A DNA stretch of 64,000 nucleotides from Alphaproteobacteria bacterium (GTDB taxonomy: Bacteria; Pseudomonadota; Alphaproteobacteria; RF32; CAG-239). Positions 9,490-19,748 of the stretch are shown one piece after another. The position numbers and the translations under genes were made by a program. Position 1 is the stretch's first letter; each line of letters opens with the position of its first letter. Location: positions 94,974 to 158,973 of the forward strand of contig CAAGHP010000020.1 of assembly GCA_900769705.1 (NCBI GenBank). Reading direction: 5' to 3'. The notes beneath the pieces are model-generated. The model was not told where the DNA came from. It saw only the letters and a program-made list of their open reading frames with translations, and searched no databases.

Positions 9490-10077
9490 ATGAAAATTAT
9501 AGCGATTACTGGTTCCATAGGCTGCGGTAAATCTTTTTTGGCAAATATTATACGAAGTCTCGGATATGTGGTTTATGATGCCGACAAGTGGGTTAAATAT
9601 TTGTACTATCGTCCGGCGTTTTTAAAAGTTATTAAGCAAAATTTTCCTGAAGTTTTTGATGCAAACGGAACTTTTAATAAACGAAAATTAAGAAATTTGG
9701 TGTTTAATAATAATCAAGAGTTAAAACGGCTTGAAAAGTTAGTTCACCCCTTTTTAAAGCAAAAATTATTAAATGTTATCCGTAAAAATTCACAGACAAA
9801 CCGAGTTTTCTTTTTTGATGCGGCTTTACTGTTTGAAATGAAGTGGAATATTTATTGTCAGTCGGTTATTTTAGCTGATGTTGATAAAAATATTCAAAAA
9901 CAGCGTGTTATGATTCGCGATAATATAAGCGCTGCTGATTTTGAAAAAATTGTATCGGTGCAAATCGATAATGAGCAAAAAAAGCAATTTGTCAATGCTG
10001 TTATAAACACTGACAAGACTGAAAATTTATTGAAGATAGAATTGATTAAAATTATAGAAGAGTTAGTAAATGCGTGA
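9490..10077 (+). CDS. coaE: Dephospho-CoA kinase
   Basis: IIAITGSIGCGKS P-loop. About 195 aa. Conserved coaE–dnaQ pairing. Confidence 0.85.
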   Translation: MKIIAITGSIGCGKSFLANIIRSLGYVVYDADKWVKYLYYRPAFLKVIKQNFPEVFDANGTFNKRKLRNLVFNNNQELKRLEKLVHPFLKQKLLNVIRKNSQTNRVFFFDAALLFEMKWNIYCQSVILADVDKNIQKQRVMIRDNISAADFEKIVSVQIDNEQKKQFVNAVINTDKTENLLKIELIKIIEELVNA

Positions 10078-10786
10078 GATATGTTTTGATACTGAAACAA
10101 CAGGTTTTGATCCTGATACCGGCGATAGATTGGTGGAAATAGGCGCGGTTGAACTTATTAACCATTTGCCGACGGGTAAAATTTATCATGAATATATCAA
10201 TCCGGAACGTGATGTGCCGGAAGAAGTTGTAAAAGTCCATGGTTTGGATAATGAATTTTTGAAAGATAAGCCTATATTCAGCAAAATAGCACAGTCTTGG
10301 GTTGATTTTATAGGTGATGACGGAATTTTGGTGGCGCATAACGCCGCATTCGACTTAAAATTTATTAACTTTGAACTCAAGAGATGCGGATTTCAAACTT
10401 ATGATTGGGATAGGGTTGTTGATACATTAGCTATTGCAAAAAATGAATTTCCCGGGGCCAGAAATAATTTGGATGCTTTGTGCCGTCGTTTTAATATAGA
10501 TAATTCAGCACGTACTTTTCACGGTGCTTTACTAGATGCTCAGCTGCTGGCAGAAGTATATCTGCAGCTTTTGGGCGGTGATGAACCTAGTATAAATTTT
10601 GTTAAAGCGTCGGAAGAAACGGCTAATAAGCATACTGAAAATATCAGTTTTGCGGCAGAAAATGTGCAAAAGCGCAGTTTTCCTTTATCTGCCGAAGAAC
10701 AGCAGGCTCACATTGATTTTTTAAGTAAAAGCATAAAAAATGCTTTGTGGTTGCAAGAAACCGAAAGTGATGCTGAAAATGTTTAA
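10070..10786 (+). CDS. dnaQ: DNA polymerase III epsilon subunit (3'-5' exonuclease)
   Basis: Exo I motif FDTETTG, Exo II HNAAFD, Exo III YLQL region. Confidence 0.9.
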   Translation: MREICFDTETTGFDPDTGDRLVEIGAVELINHLPTGKIYHEYINPERDVPEEVVKVHGLDNEFLKDKPIFSKIAQSWVDFIGDDGILVAHNAAFDLKFINFELKRCGFQTYDWDRVVDTLAIAKNEFPGARNNLDALCRRFNIDNSARTFHGALLDAQLLAEVYLQLLGGDEPSINFVKASEETANKHTENISFAAENVQKRSFPLSAEEQQAHIDFLSKSIKNALWLQETESDAENV

Positions 10787-12047
10787 ACAGTTTGGTTATG
10801 TCTATAATACTTATATAAATAAAAGAATGCTAATTCTGCTTGCATTAGGTTTTACCAGCGGCTTTCCTTTTTTATTAGTGTTCGGTACACTCAGCTTTTG
10901 GCTTAAAGATTTAGACATATCATACACTTTAATTGGGGCTTTTTCCTTGGTTAAAATTCCCTACTCCTTAAAATGGGCATGGTCGCCGTTGCTTGATAAT
11001 ATTAAGTTGCCTATTTTATATAAACTTGGCCGTCGCCGTTCTTGGGCTGTTTTTATTCAATTTTTGCTATTTAGCTCTTTGGCGGCAATGGCTTTTACAA
11101 ATCCGGAAATTCATACGCTGCACATGGCTTTATTTGCATTTATAGCTAGTTTTTTATCAGCATCGCAGGATATTGTTTTAGATGCTTACCGTGTGGAAAG
11201 TTTTGAAGATGAACCTGAAAAACAGGCATCAGGTGTAGCTATATATGTGCTAGGCTATCGTTTGGGATTGATTTTTTCCGGAGCCGGAGCAATTTATATG
11301 GCTTCAGTTTTAAGCTGGTCTGAAGTTTATTTGATTATGGCTTGCGGCTTGTTTGTAGGTTTTGCGGCGATTCTCTTGGCTAAAGAGCCGCAAAAATATC
11401 AATATAAAAAATATAAATTAAAACTTAAAGACAGTATGGAGTTTGTTAAAAATTCTATAGTAAATCCATTTAAAGATTTTGCAAAGCGTCGGCATTGGTA
11501 TTGGATTTTATTGTTTATTTTTACATATCGTTTGAGTAATGCTTATTTTGCGCCTATGAGTTTTCCTTTTTATGTTGATTTAGGATTTTCAAAAGCCGAA
11601 ATTGCTTCGGTTATTAAAATTTATGGTATGATTGCCGCTATTTTAGGTGGTTTAAGCGGTGGTCTAATTGTTATGAAATTTGGTTTGAAAAACAGTTTGC
11701 TGCTGTTTGGTATGACACAGTGCCTGACTACTTTTTTGTTTGCCGTTCAAGCTAAATACGGACATAATATGCCTCTGTTTATAACTATAATTACTTTAGA
11801 AAACTTTTCTTCCGGTTTGGCTACAACAGCATTGGTGGCATATATTTCATCATTGTGTAATAAATTGTATACGGCAACGCAGTATGCACTTTTATCATCG
11901 GTTATGAGTTTGTCGCGCGATATATTCTCTTCAACCAGCGGATTGCTTGCTCAATATGTTTCTTGGAATGTATTTTTTATAATCAGCGGATGTTTAAGCC
12001 TGCCGAGCTTAATTATTGTTTGGTTTTGCCTGAAAAAGGATAAATAG
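10770..12047 (+). CDS. ampG: MFS transporter, AmpG family (muropeptide permease-like)
   Basis: GF.SGFPF.L..GTL..WL...DISYT.IG.FSLV..PY.LK..WSPL.D...LP..G.RRSW matches the AmpG N-terminus. About 12 TM segments. Start chosen at MLKMFKQF, overlapping the dnaQ end. Confidence 0.7.
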   Translation: MLKMFKQFGYVYNTYINKRMLILLALGFTSGFPFLLVFGTLSFWLKDLDISYTLIGAFSLVKIPYSLKWAWSPLLDNIKLPILYKLGRRRSWAVFIQFLLFSSLAAMAFTNPEIHTLHMALFAFIASFLSASQDIVLDAYRVESFEDEPEKQASGVAIYVLGYRLGLIFSGAGAIYMASVLSWSEVYLIMACGLFVGFAAILLAKEPQKYQYKKYKLKLKDSMEFVKNSIVNPFKDFAKRRHWYWILLFIFTYRLSNAYFAPMSFPFYVDLGFSKAEIASVIKIYGMIAAILGGLSGGLIVMKFGLKNSLLLFGMTQCLTTFLFAVQAKYGHNMPLFITIITLENFSSGLATTALVAYISSLCNKLYTATQYALLSSVMSLSRDIFSSTSGLLAQYVSWNVFFIISGCLSLPSLIIVWFCLKKDK

Positions 12048-12050
12048 CAA

Positions 12051-12079
12051 TTGTAAAAATTGAAAAAATGCGTTATAAT
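12051..12079 (+). promoter_or_regulatory. Sigma70-like promoter (TTGTAA-17 nt-TATAAT) upstream of the pentapeptide-repeat operon
   Basis: -35 TTGTAA at 12051-12056, a 17-nt spacer, -10 TATAAT at 12074-12079. Confidence 0.35.
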
Positions 12080-12110
12080 GATAATGTTTTTTATGTGAAA
12101 GATTTAAGCA

Positions 12111-13265
12111 ATGGCCGATGAAAGTAAAAATAAATCTTCTAATATTAAAGAAGCTGAAAAATATTATCAAAAACATCGCAATAACGAAGTTGATGAAGTT
12201 TTAAATCGTAGTGAATCTTGGCAGGCTATTGCTAAGCAAATAGATAAATTTGCCGAAAATACGGAAAGCGGACATATTGTCAATGATATAGTTTTTTCTG
12301 GAAAAATGCTGCAAGGAGGCAATTTTAACGGTGAAAATTTTGAAAACGCCGATTTTAGCGGCAGTAATATGCAGGAGGGCAGCTTTAAAAATGCCAATAT
12401 GCAAAATGCCAATTTTACCGGAGCAGATTTAAGCGGTGCCGACTTCAGCGGAGCAAATCTTGATGGTGCAATTTTTATCGGTGCGCAGCTTATAGGTACA
12501 AACTTTACCGGCGCTCACATGCACGGCGTGAAATTTCAAAATGCTAATTTACAAGATGCTATTTTACTTGACGCTGATTTAGATAATCTTTCTATTGAAG
12601 AGCTACAGGAACTTGTTGAATATTTAGCAAAATATTATCCGCATAAACTGAATTTAACCCGTTTGAATTTAACCATGCTTGATTTGAAACGCATTGATTT
12701 AACTCAGGTTAATCTGCGCGGCGTTGATTTTACGGGATGCGATTTTACCGGCGTAAATATTTATGAGTTGGATTTAAGTGAATGTATTATATCTCCGGCT
12801 CAAATTGAGCAGGCTATCGGCCACATACCTACAGCATTGGAATTGAAAAAAATTCTGGCGCCGAAAAACAAGAAAAAGTCTCAAAAGATGAAAGGTATAG
12901 ATTTTGAAGATTTTTTTACCGGTGGAAAAGGCAGTTTTGATTTGGATACGACAAATATGTATTTAGATGTGAATGCTATCGGTAAAAAGGGTAAAGAAAT
13001 ATTTAAGTCTTTTAAAAAACAAGATTCTGATGATAAAATTATAGAAAAGTTTAGTAAGGAAAAAGAAAATCATCAGTCGGATAAAAAAGAAAGTAATATT
13101 GAAGAACTGCGTAAGACAATAGAACAGCATAAAAAAGAAGTTTTGGAACATCGGCAGGAAATGCAGGAGCGCGAAAATAAAGAAAAAATGCGCGAGCAGA
13201 TAAAAGAAAAAATTAAAGAAAATAAAGCTATGCTTTTACAAGCTCATTCTTCTAGGGAAAGATAA
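12111..13265 (+). CDS. Pentapeptide-repeat protein with a C-terminal Lys/Glu-rich coiled-coil tail
   Basis: About 25 tandem A(D/N)LxG-type pentapeptides (NFENADFSGSNMQEGSFKNANMQNANFTGADLSGADFSGANLDGAIF...). The tail reads ...KKEVLEHRQEMQERENKEKMREQIKEKIKENK. Confidence 0.75.
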   Translation: MADESKNKSSNIKEAEKYYQKHRNNEVDEVLNRSESWQAIAKQIDKFAENTESGHIVNDIVFSGKMLQGGNFNGENFENADFSGSNMQEGSFKNANMQNANFTGADLSGADFSGANLDGAIFIGAQLIGTNFTGAHMHGVKFQNANLQDAILLDADLDNLSIEELQELVEYLAKYYPHKLNLTRLNLTMLDLKRIDLTQVNLRGVDFTGCDFTGVNIYELDLSECIISPAQIEQAIGHIPTALELKKILAPKNKKKSQKMKGIDFEDFFTGGKGSFDLDTTNMYLDVNAIGKKGKEIFKSFKKQDSDDKIIEKFSKEKENHQSDKKESNIEELRKTIEQHKKEVLEHRQEMQERENKEKMREQIKEKIKENKAMLLQAHSSRER

Positions 13266-14584
13266 TGGAAGATACGCTTTTTTCAAACAAAGTTAAACGT
13301 CCTTTGGCAGATAGATTGCGTCCGGCTAAATTAGAAGAAGTTGTCGGTCAGAATCAAATTGTCGGTGCAAATGCTCCACTCGGCCGTATGCTGAAATCCG
13401 GTAAAATAAGCTCATTTATTTTATGGGGTCCTCCGGGGTGCGGAAAAACGACCATTGCTCGTTTAATTGCGGAATATACAAACCTTTACTTTGAACAAAT
13501 TTCTGCGGTTTTTTCCGGTGTTGCTGATTTGAAGCGGGTTTTTCAATATGCTCAAGAACGTAGAGCCAATCAAGGTAAAGGCACATTGCTTTTTGTAGAT
13601 GAAATTCATCGCTTTAATAAATCGCAGCAAGACGGATTTTTACCATATGTAGAAGATGGTACGGTTATTTTGGTCGGTGCCACTACCGAAAATCCTTCTT
13701 TTGAACTTAATTCAGCTTTGCTTTCACGCTGTCAGGTTTTTGTGCTCAATCGCTTAACTCCTGATGATTTTGAAATTTTACTGCAGCGTGCAGAAAAAGA
13801 AGAAGGACAAAAATTGCCGATTGATGAAGAGGCTAGAGATTTTATTAAAGAAATTGCCGACGGCGACGGACGCTATATTTTGAATATTGCCGAAAATATT
13901 TGGTCATATGCTCAAAATGGCGAAACTTTTAACAAAGAGCAGATTTTAAATATTATTCGCTCTCGAGCGCCTATATATGACAAAGGCAGAGACGGTCACT
14001 ATAATTTAATTTCCGCCGTGCATAAATCTTTGCGCGGCTCAGATGTCGATGCAGCGTTATATTGGGTAGCGCGTATGTTGGTGGCCGGAGAAGATCCGCG
14101 CTATATTTTGCGCCGTTTGTTAAGATTTTCTGTTGAAGATGTTTCTTTAGCCGACCCTAACGCTGTCAATCAAGCGATTGCTTGCAGTGAAACTTATGAA
14201 CGCTTGGGTTCGCCAGAAGGAGAACTGGCTATAATGCAATTAACCGCTTATTTGGCAACAGCTCCTAAATCTGCAAGTGTATATAAGGCAATGCATAAAG
14301 CATTTGACGCCGCCCGCCAAACAGGTTCATTGATGCCGCCAAAGCATATTTTGAACGCTCCTACTAAATTGATGAAAGATTTGGGATATAAAAAAGACTA
14401 TATATATGATCAGGATTTGGAAGACGGCTTCTCTGGACAGAATTATTTTCCTGACGGTATGAGCCGAGCTAAATATTATAATCCTGTAGATCGTGGTTTT
14501 GAACGTGAAATTAAAAAGCGTATAGAATATTTTGATAGGCTGCGTAAAGAAAAACAAGCTAAAATGAAAGAAAAAAATGACTGA
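13265..14584 (+). CDS. rarA: Replication-associated recombination protein A (RarA/MgsA AAA+ ATPase)
   Basis: LADRLRP..L.EVVGQ..I.G...PL.R.L.......ILWGPPGCGKTTIARLIA, Walker B LFVDEIHRFNK, and the C-terminal MgsA helix-bundle region. Confidence 0.85.
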   Translation: MEDTLFSNKVKRPLADRLRPAKLEEVVGQNQIVGANAPLGRMLKSGKISSFILWGPPGCGKTTIARLIAEYTNLYFEQISAVFSGVADLKRVFQYAQERRANQGKGTLLFVDEIHRFNKSQQDGFLPYVEDGTVILVGATTENPSFELNSALLSRCQVFVLNRLTPDDFEILLQRAEKEEGQKLPIDEEARDFIKEIADGDGRYILNIAENIWSYAQNGETFNKEQILNIIRSRAPIYDKGRDGHYNLISAVHKSLRGSDVDAALYWVARMLVAGEDPRYILRRLLRFSVEDVSLADPNAVNQAIACSETYERLGSPEGELAIMQLTAYLATAPKSASVYKAMHKAFDAARQTGSLMPPKHILNAPTKLMKDLGYKKDYIYDQDLEDGFSGQNYFPDGMSRAKYYNPVDRGFEREIKKRIEYFDRLRKEKQAKMKEKND

Positions 14585-14954
14585 TTATATATATAAAATA
14601 TGCGTTAGCTATAAAGTTTTTTGCAAGCTGCAGGAATGTGATATTATTCCAAGTCTTGAAGAAAATCATGTAGGGCTGGAAATTCATATTTCTAAAGAAG
14701 ATTATAAAAAATTATCTGATGAGGAAAAGAAAAAATTAAAGCAGTATGAAGTTGTAAATTCTCCATTGCCAAAACAGCGTAAAATTGAACCGCTGTTTGA
14801 TGAAATGAAAGTCGAAGATTTAAATGGTGCTGCTGAAAAAATTAAGTGTAAAATGAAAATACCGGATTTAGAAAAACCTAAAAATATAAAACAAAAGTAT
14901 TATATTTCCAGAACAATAGGCAAAGTTAACACAAAAAAAAAAGGTGGTAGATAA
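14577..14954 (+). CDS. Hypothetical small protein (125 aa, Lys-rich C-terminus)
   Basis: ORF translationally coupled to rarA (8-nt overlap). No confident family. Confidence 0.35.
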   Translation: MTDYIYKICVSYKVFCKLQECDIIPSLEENHVGLEIHISKEDYKKLSDEEKKKLKQYEVVNSPLPKQRKIEPLFDEMKVEDLNGAAEKIKCKMKIPDLEKPKNIKQKYYISRTIGKVNTKKKGGR

Positions 14955-15885
14955 AATGTCAGGCGTAACAATAGTTAAAATAAAAGCAGAAGACGACGGT
15001 ATACGGCTTAATCGTTGGTTTTTGCGTGAATATCCTTCTTTGAGTTTAGGGCGTTTGCAAAAATTACTGCGTACCAAGCAGATAAAGGTTGACGGTAAAA
15101 AAGCGGAAACTTCTACCCGATTAACTGCCGGTCAAGAGCTGCGTTTGCCGCCTTTGGATAATGAAAAAGCCATTAAAACAGCCGATAATATCAGTAAAAA
15201 TGATGCGGATTATATAATGTCTTTAGTTATTTATAAGGATAAAGATATTATAGCGCTTAATAAGCCGTCAGGCTTGGCAGTGCAAGGCGGAACCAATACC
15301 ACGCGGCATATTGACGGATTTTTAGAGGCTTTAAAATTTGAAAATAAGGAGAAGCCTAAGCTGGTGCATCGCATTGATAAAGAAACCAGCGGTATTTTAT
15401 TGCTGGCGCGCAACCGTAAATCGGCAGAAGTTTTAACCAAAGCTTTTCGCGAGCACAGCTTGCAAAAAACATATTTAGCTTTAGTTCGCGGCTGTCCGCA
15501 GCAACTAAGCGGAGAAATAAACCTGCCTTTAGAAAAGATAGGTGAAAAAATGGAAGTTGTTAAAGGCGGTAAAAAAGCGGTTACAACTTATAAAGTTTTA
15601 GATAATGCTGCTAAAAAATACGCTTTATTGGCAGCTTCTCCATTAACTGGACGTACTCATCAGATTCGCGCTCATTTGGAAGCATTGGGATGTCCTATAT
15701 TGGGAGATAATAAATATTATGGAAATGAACGCGTCCGTTTAAAAGAAGTTGCTGATAAATTATATTTACATGCGTATAAAATAGATTTATCGGTTATATA
15801 TGGAAAAAAGACGGTAATTTGTGCCGAATTACCAAAGTATTATAAAGAAGCTTGTGAATTTTTTGGATTGGAGTATAAAAAATGA
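14944..15885 (+). CDS. 23S rRNA pseudouridine synthase, RluA superfamily (RluC/RluD-like)
   Basis: N-terminal S4-like region. IALNKPSGLAVQ ... HRIDKETSGILLLARN catalytic-Asp motif. KTYLALVRG. Confidence 0.8.
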   Translation: MVDKMSGVTIVKIKAEDDGIRLNRWFLREYPSLSLGRLQKLLRTKQIKVDGKKAETSTRLTAGQELRLPPLDNEKAIKTADNISKNDADYIMSLVIYKDKDIIALNKPSGLAVQGGTNTTRHIDGFLEALKFENKEKPKLVHRIDKETSGILLLARNRKSAEVLTKAFREHSLQKTYLALVRGCPQQLSGEINLPLEKIGEKMEVVKGGKKAVTTYKVLDNAAKKYALLAASPLTGRTHQIRAHLEALGCPILGDNKYYGNERVRLKEVADKLYLHAYKIDLSVIYGKKTVICAELPKYYKEACEFFGLEYKK

Positions 15886-17696
15886 AAAAATTTTTAATAT
15901 TTTTAGCAATAATCATTTTTGTTCCGTTGATTGGCTTGATTACCTTTTTGAAATTAGCCAATTTTAACAACTATAAGCCGCAAATTGAAGCTCTGGCGCT
16001 GAAATATGCTAATATGATTGTTAAAATCAACGGTGATTTAAAAATCGGTGTTTCACTCAAACCAAGCATTGAGTTGAACGATGTTTCTGTTGCTCAGGCT
16101 GAAAATAATCAGCCGGTGGCACAAATCGGTCAGGCTCAGGTGCAATTTTCTTTGCTGCCGCTTTTGAAAAAAGAAATTGTGGTTGATACGGTTAAAACTT
16201 CGGATACTAATGTTTTTTACAGCGATAAGGACAGTGTTGAAATTAAAGATTTGGCTGTAGGTATGGATAGTTTTGATGCGCCGATTAACTTAAATTTTGA
16301 TACTGTGGTTTCTGGTATTCAGATTACCGGCAAAGGTACAACCTCTTCCTTTAAATCAATTCAGGATTCTGAATATAATGATATTGACGCCAAACTGCAG
16401 GTAAATGCTTTAGGATATACTTTGAATTATGAAGGCGGGGTTAAAGGAATTACCAAAGGTCTGACTTCTGACGGTGCTTATGAAATTATTTATAAATCCA
16501 ACAAAATAAACGGCAATATTTCTGCTGATTTAACTGGTAAAACACCATATTTAAAGCTGAATGTTGCTAGTGATAATTTAAATGTATATGAATTCAGCGA
16601 AGCTAAAAAAGCAGAAAACAACTGGTTAATTTCAGAAGCACAAGCAAATGAGCTGATTAAAAATACACCGATTCCTTACGATGCTCTTAAAGCCGCAAAT
16701 GCTGATGTTAATATTGATTTGAAAACCGTTAATATTACACCAGATATGGCTTTAACAAATGTTTTGACTGATTTAATTCTGAAAAACGGTGTATTTAAAG
16801 TTGATATAAAGAATATAAGTGGCGGTGACGGTGTTATTAAAGGCAGTTCAACACTGAATTCCAATGCTAAAAATATGAGTCTTGATTTGAACGGTAGTGG
16901 TATTATATTACAAAAATTAAATAAAGCTTTTGCAGATACAGGCAATGAAGCTTTGTATATTAAAAACGGCGGTAAAACCGATTTTAACATTAAACTTAAT
17001 ACTTTCGGTGTCAACACAGACCAATATTTAGCTAATATGGATGGTCAAGTTGTTGCTGTTATTGATCCGTCTGTGATGAATATTAAAAGTTTGGAACGCT
17101 TGCAGGGTAATATTATTGTTCAGATTTTGAATAATTTGAAATTGAATATTGTTAATAAGGATATGAACTTAAATTGCGCGGTGGTTCGTAGCGATATTAA
17201 AAATGGCGTGGCAGAATTTCCTAAAGGCATAGCGTTTGATGCCAACGATTTTTATGTTGTTGCTGACGGCAGTGTCAATCTGTATAATGAAAAAATTGAT
17301 TTGGGTTTACAGCCGTTCTCAGGACGCATTACCGATACTAACGTTTCTTCAGTTTTAGGTTCTTTATTGAGTATTAGCGGTACTATTTCTAATCCTAGTG
17401 TCGGTCTAAATAAAACTCAAACCGCAAAAGCTGTTGTCGGTATTATTGCCACAGGTGGTCTGTATAATGCCGGAGATATGTTGCTGAGCGCAGATTCTTC
17501 TCCATGCTACACAGCATTGCAAGGAACAGCTTATGCTAATCATTTCAAGGCAGCAGAGGGCGGAGTCAAAAATGATGCGTCTAAAACCTATTCCGATACT
17601 AAAGATGCGGTTAAAAAATCTTTGACTGGTACTAAAGATGCCGTAAAAGATTTAGGCAATCAAGCCGGCAGTCTTTTGAAAGGTTTGGTAAAATAA
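15882..17696 (+). CDS. AsmA family protein (inner-membrane anchored, periplasmic)
   Basis: Single N-terminal TM, then the repetitive beta-rich AsmA-like N-domain (LKIGVSLKPSIELNDVSV). 604 aa. Confidence 0.55.
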   Translation: MKKFLIFLAIIIFVPLIGLITFLKLANFNNYKPQIEALALKYANMIVKINGDLKIGVSLKPSIELNDVSVAQAENNQPVAQIGQAQVQFSLLPLLKKEIVVDTVKTSDTNVFYSDKDSVEIKDLAVGMDSFDAPINLNFDTVVSGIQITGKGTTSSFKSIQDSEYNDIDAKLQVNALGYTLNYEGGVKGITKGLTSDGAYEIIYKSNKINGNISADLTGKTPYLKLNVASDNLNVYEFSEAKKAENNWLISEAQANELIKNTPIPYDALKAANADVNIDLKTVNITPDMALTNVLTDLILKNGVFKVDIKNISGGDGVIKGSSTLNSNAKNMSLDLNGSGIILQKLNKAFADTGNEALYIKNGGKTDFNIKLNTFGVNTDQYLANMDGQVVAVIDPSVMNIKSLERLQGNIIVQILNNLKLNIVNKDMNLNCAVVRSDIKNGVAEFPKGIAFDANDFYVVADGSVNLYNEKIDLGLQPFSGRITDTNVSSVLGSLLSISGTISNPSVGLNKTQTAKAVVGIIATGGLYNAGDMLLSADSSPCYTALQGTAYANHFKAAEGGVKNDASKTYSDTKDAVKKSLTGTKDAVKDLGNQAGSLLKGLVK

Positions 17697-18196
17697 TGCT
17701 GGATTTTAAACAAGCTGAAAGCGATATAAAGGAACATCGCTCTGAAGTTATAGAAAAACTGGTGGAATTTTCTTTTACGGATGTTATTTTGTTTTGGAGC
17801 GCTAATGATGATATTAAAGCTCTGCAAACCGAAAAATGGCTACCTGTTTTGAAATGGCTGAACAGCCGTTTTAAAATAACCTTAAAAGAAACCTCAGGTT
17901 TAATTCCTCCACCGCAAAATGAAAATAACCGCGCCGGTTTTACGGAGATTTTAGAAAAAATGAGCCTTAAAACCTTAACGGCCTATTATTTGGCCGCAGT
18001 GCGCTTAAAATCTCCTTTACTGGCTCTTGCTTTTGCCGAAAAGAAAATAACTGCTTCTGAGGCTTTTGAACTGGCTTATTTAGAAGAATTATATCAAAGT
18101 AAGTCGTGGGGAGTGGATGAAGAGGCGGAGCAAGGCCGTCAATGCGTGAAAAATGAACTTTTAGAAATAGAAGAATTTTTGCACGGTAAAAAATAA
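17696..18196 (+). CDS. ATP12 family F1-ATP synthase assembly chaperone
   Basis: C-terminal pattern ...SEAFELAYLEELYQ...WGVDEEAEQGRQ... typical of ATP12/Atp12p orthologues in alphaproteobacteria. Confidence 0.55.
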   Translation: MLDFKQAESDIKEHRSEVIEKLVEFSFTDVILFWSANDDIKALQTEKWLPVLKWLNSRFKITLKETSGLIPPPQNENNRAGFTEILEKMSLKTLTAYYLAAVRLKSPLLALAFAEKKITASEAFELAYLEELYQSKSWGVDEEAEQGRQCVKNELLEIEEFLHGKK

Positions 18197-18477
18197 TGTT
18201 AAAATGCTTTTTAATCAGCGGCAGGGTTCAGGGCGTCGGTTTTCGCTTTTGGACCCTGCGCCGCGTTTCTGAGATTGGCGGAATTTCCGGTTATGTCTGT
18301 AATCTATCCAGTGGAGATGTGTTGGTTTTGACAGAAGGTGCCGAAGATAAGCTGCGGCAGTTGGAAATTTCTTTATATAAAGGTCCGTTATTTGCACGGG
18401 TAGATAGCGTAAAAAATTCACCGGAGCTTATTTCATATTTTCCACCGGTGGAAAACGGTGTATTTAAACGTCTCTAA
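18196..18477 (+). CDS. acyP: Acylphosphatase
   Basis: GRVQGVGFR.W motif. 93 aa. Confidence 0.8.
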   Translation: MLKCFLISGRVQGVGFRFWTLRRVSEIGGISGYVCNLSSGDVLVLTEGAEDKLRQLEISLYKGPLFARVDSVKNSPELISYFPPVENGVFKRL

Positions 18478-18547
18478 AACTACAGAACAGGTTGTATCAG
18501 TATGCTTTGTGTATATATTTTATTCTGAATAAAAAAAGGAGACAGAT

Positions 18548-18829
18548 ATGCAAAAAGTAGATAAAACCACTGAAAATATTAAGTTGTGCCGCTGTATGAC
18601 TTGTCCGTCATATACTGAACATTGCAAGCTGAAAAACGCGCCGGAGAATTTTTTAAAGTCACTGGAAAATTTACAAAATATGCAGCACTATGAAAAACTT
18701 TATTGCGCATTTGAAAAGAGTAACTGTATTTATCAGGATAAAGGTTGTGTGTGCAGCGAATGTGAGGTTTATAAAAATTATAATCTGCAGAATCATGACT
18801 ATTGCTTGCATACAGGCGGAGTTATATAA
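18548..18829 (+). CDS. Cysteine-rich small protein (C-x-C-x2-CPSY ... C-x-C-x2-C pattern, possibly DUF2769-like)
   Basis: LCRCMTCPSYTEHC ... KGCVCSECEVY. 93 aa. Confidence 0.4.
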   Translation: MQKVDKTTENIKLCRCMTCPSYTEHCKLKNAPENFLKSLENLQNMQHYEKLYCAFEKSNCIYQDKGCVCSECEVYKNYNLQNHDYCLHTGGVI

Positions 18830-18830
18830 T

Positions 18831-18895
18831 AAAAAAAGACCTCAAAATGAACTGTACAACGAAGATTTGACAGTAAAAAAGAGGTCTTTTTTTTA
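18831..18895. terminator. Bidirectional terminator-like hairpin between the Cys-rich gene and pssA
   Basis: aaaaaagacctc...gaggtctttttttt, a 12-bp A/T-extended stem with a large loop. Confidence 0.4.
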
Positions 18896-18905
18896 AAATT
18901 AAAGC

Positions 18906-19748
18906 TTATTCTTTATTTTCTTTAGTTATAGCTAGATTTTTCTCGTAAGCGCGCTTATCGTGCAAAAATTTGATGACCGTAAAAGGTATTGTCATTAAAT
19001 AAGCCAGTGTAAACAAGCCTAAAGTCAGCCAAGGCTGAGTTAAAAGACAGCTTACGAATAAAGCGAACAACACCATTAAAGGCAAAAAGTAATCTGCGTT
19101 AATGCGGGTTTTTTTGAGCGACAGTGTCGGAATACGACTAACCATTAAGTAAGCAACTAAAATGATTATAACGCTGCACAGATATTTGTTGCGCAAAATA
19201 AAATCATATTCCGGATAGGCAAATGAAATCAGCAACGGCATAACAGCTATAGCTGCAGCCATCGGAGCCGGAACGCCGACAAAATAGTGCGACCAATATT
19301 CCGGAACGGTTGCATCTTCCAGCATAGTATTAAAACGAGCCAGACGCATAGCCATACCGGCTGAAAACATCAGGGTAAAAATCCAGCCCCAATGCGGAAT
19401 ACCGTTTAAGCACCATTGATACATCAGTACCGCAGGAGCTACACCGAAACTTACAAAATCTGAAAGTGAGTCTAATTCAGCACCAAATTTTGATGAGGCT
19501 TTGAGTTTGCGGGCGACACGGCCATCCAGACCATCGAATATGCAGGCTAAAAACAGGCATACTATTGCATATGTCCAGTTTTGCATAATTGCGAATTTAA
19601 TGGTGGTAACGCCAGAGCATAAAGCCATAAGAGTTACAATATTAGGCGCCATTTTACGAAACGGCACTTCTTTAAATTTGCCGATTGCTTTCTTTTTTAT
19701 ACCGCTGTGTGCGGTTGATGAGCGGTTGTTTTGATATGTTTTAGCCAT
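18906..19748 (-). CDS. pssA: CDP-diacylglycerol–serine O-phosphatidyltransferase
   Basis: CDP-alcohol phosphatidyltransferase motif DG.DGR.AR......FGAELDSL.D. Confidence 0.85.
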   Translation of the reverse strand: MAKTYQNNRSSTAHSGIKKKAIGKFKEVPFRKMAPNIVTLMALCSGVTTIKFAIMQNWTYAIVCLFLACIFDGLDGRVARKLKASSKFGAELDSLSDFVSFGVAPAVLMYQWCLNGIPHWGWIFTLMFSAGMAMRLARFNTMLEDATVPEYWSHYFVGVPAPMAAAIAVMPLLISFAYPEYDFILRNKYLCSVIIILVAYLMVSRIPTLSLKKTRINADYFLPLMVLFALFVSCLLTQPWLTLGLFTLAYLMTIPFTVIKFLHDKRAYEKNLAITKENKE

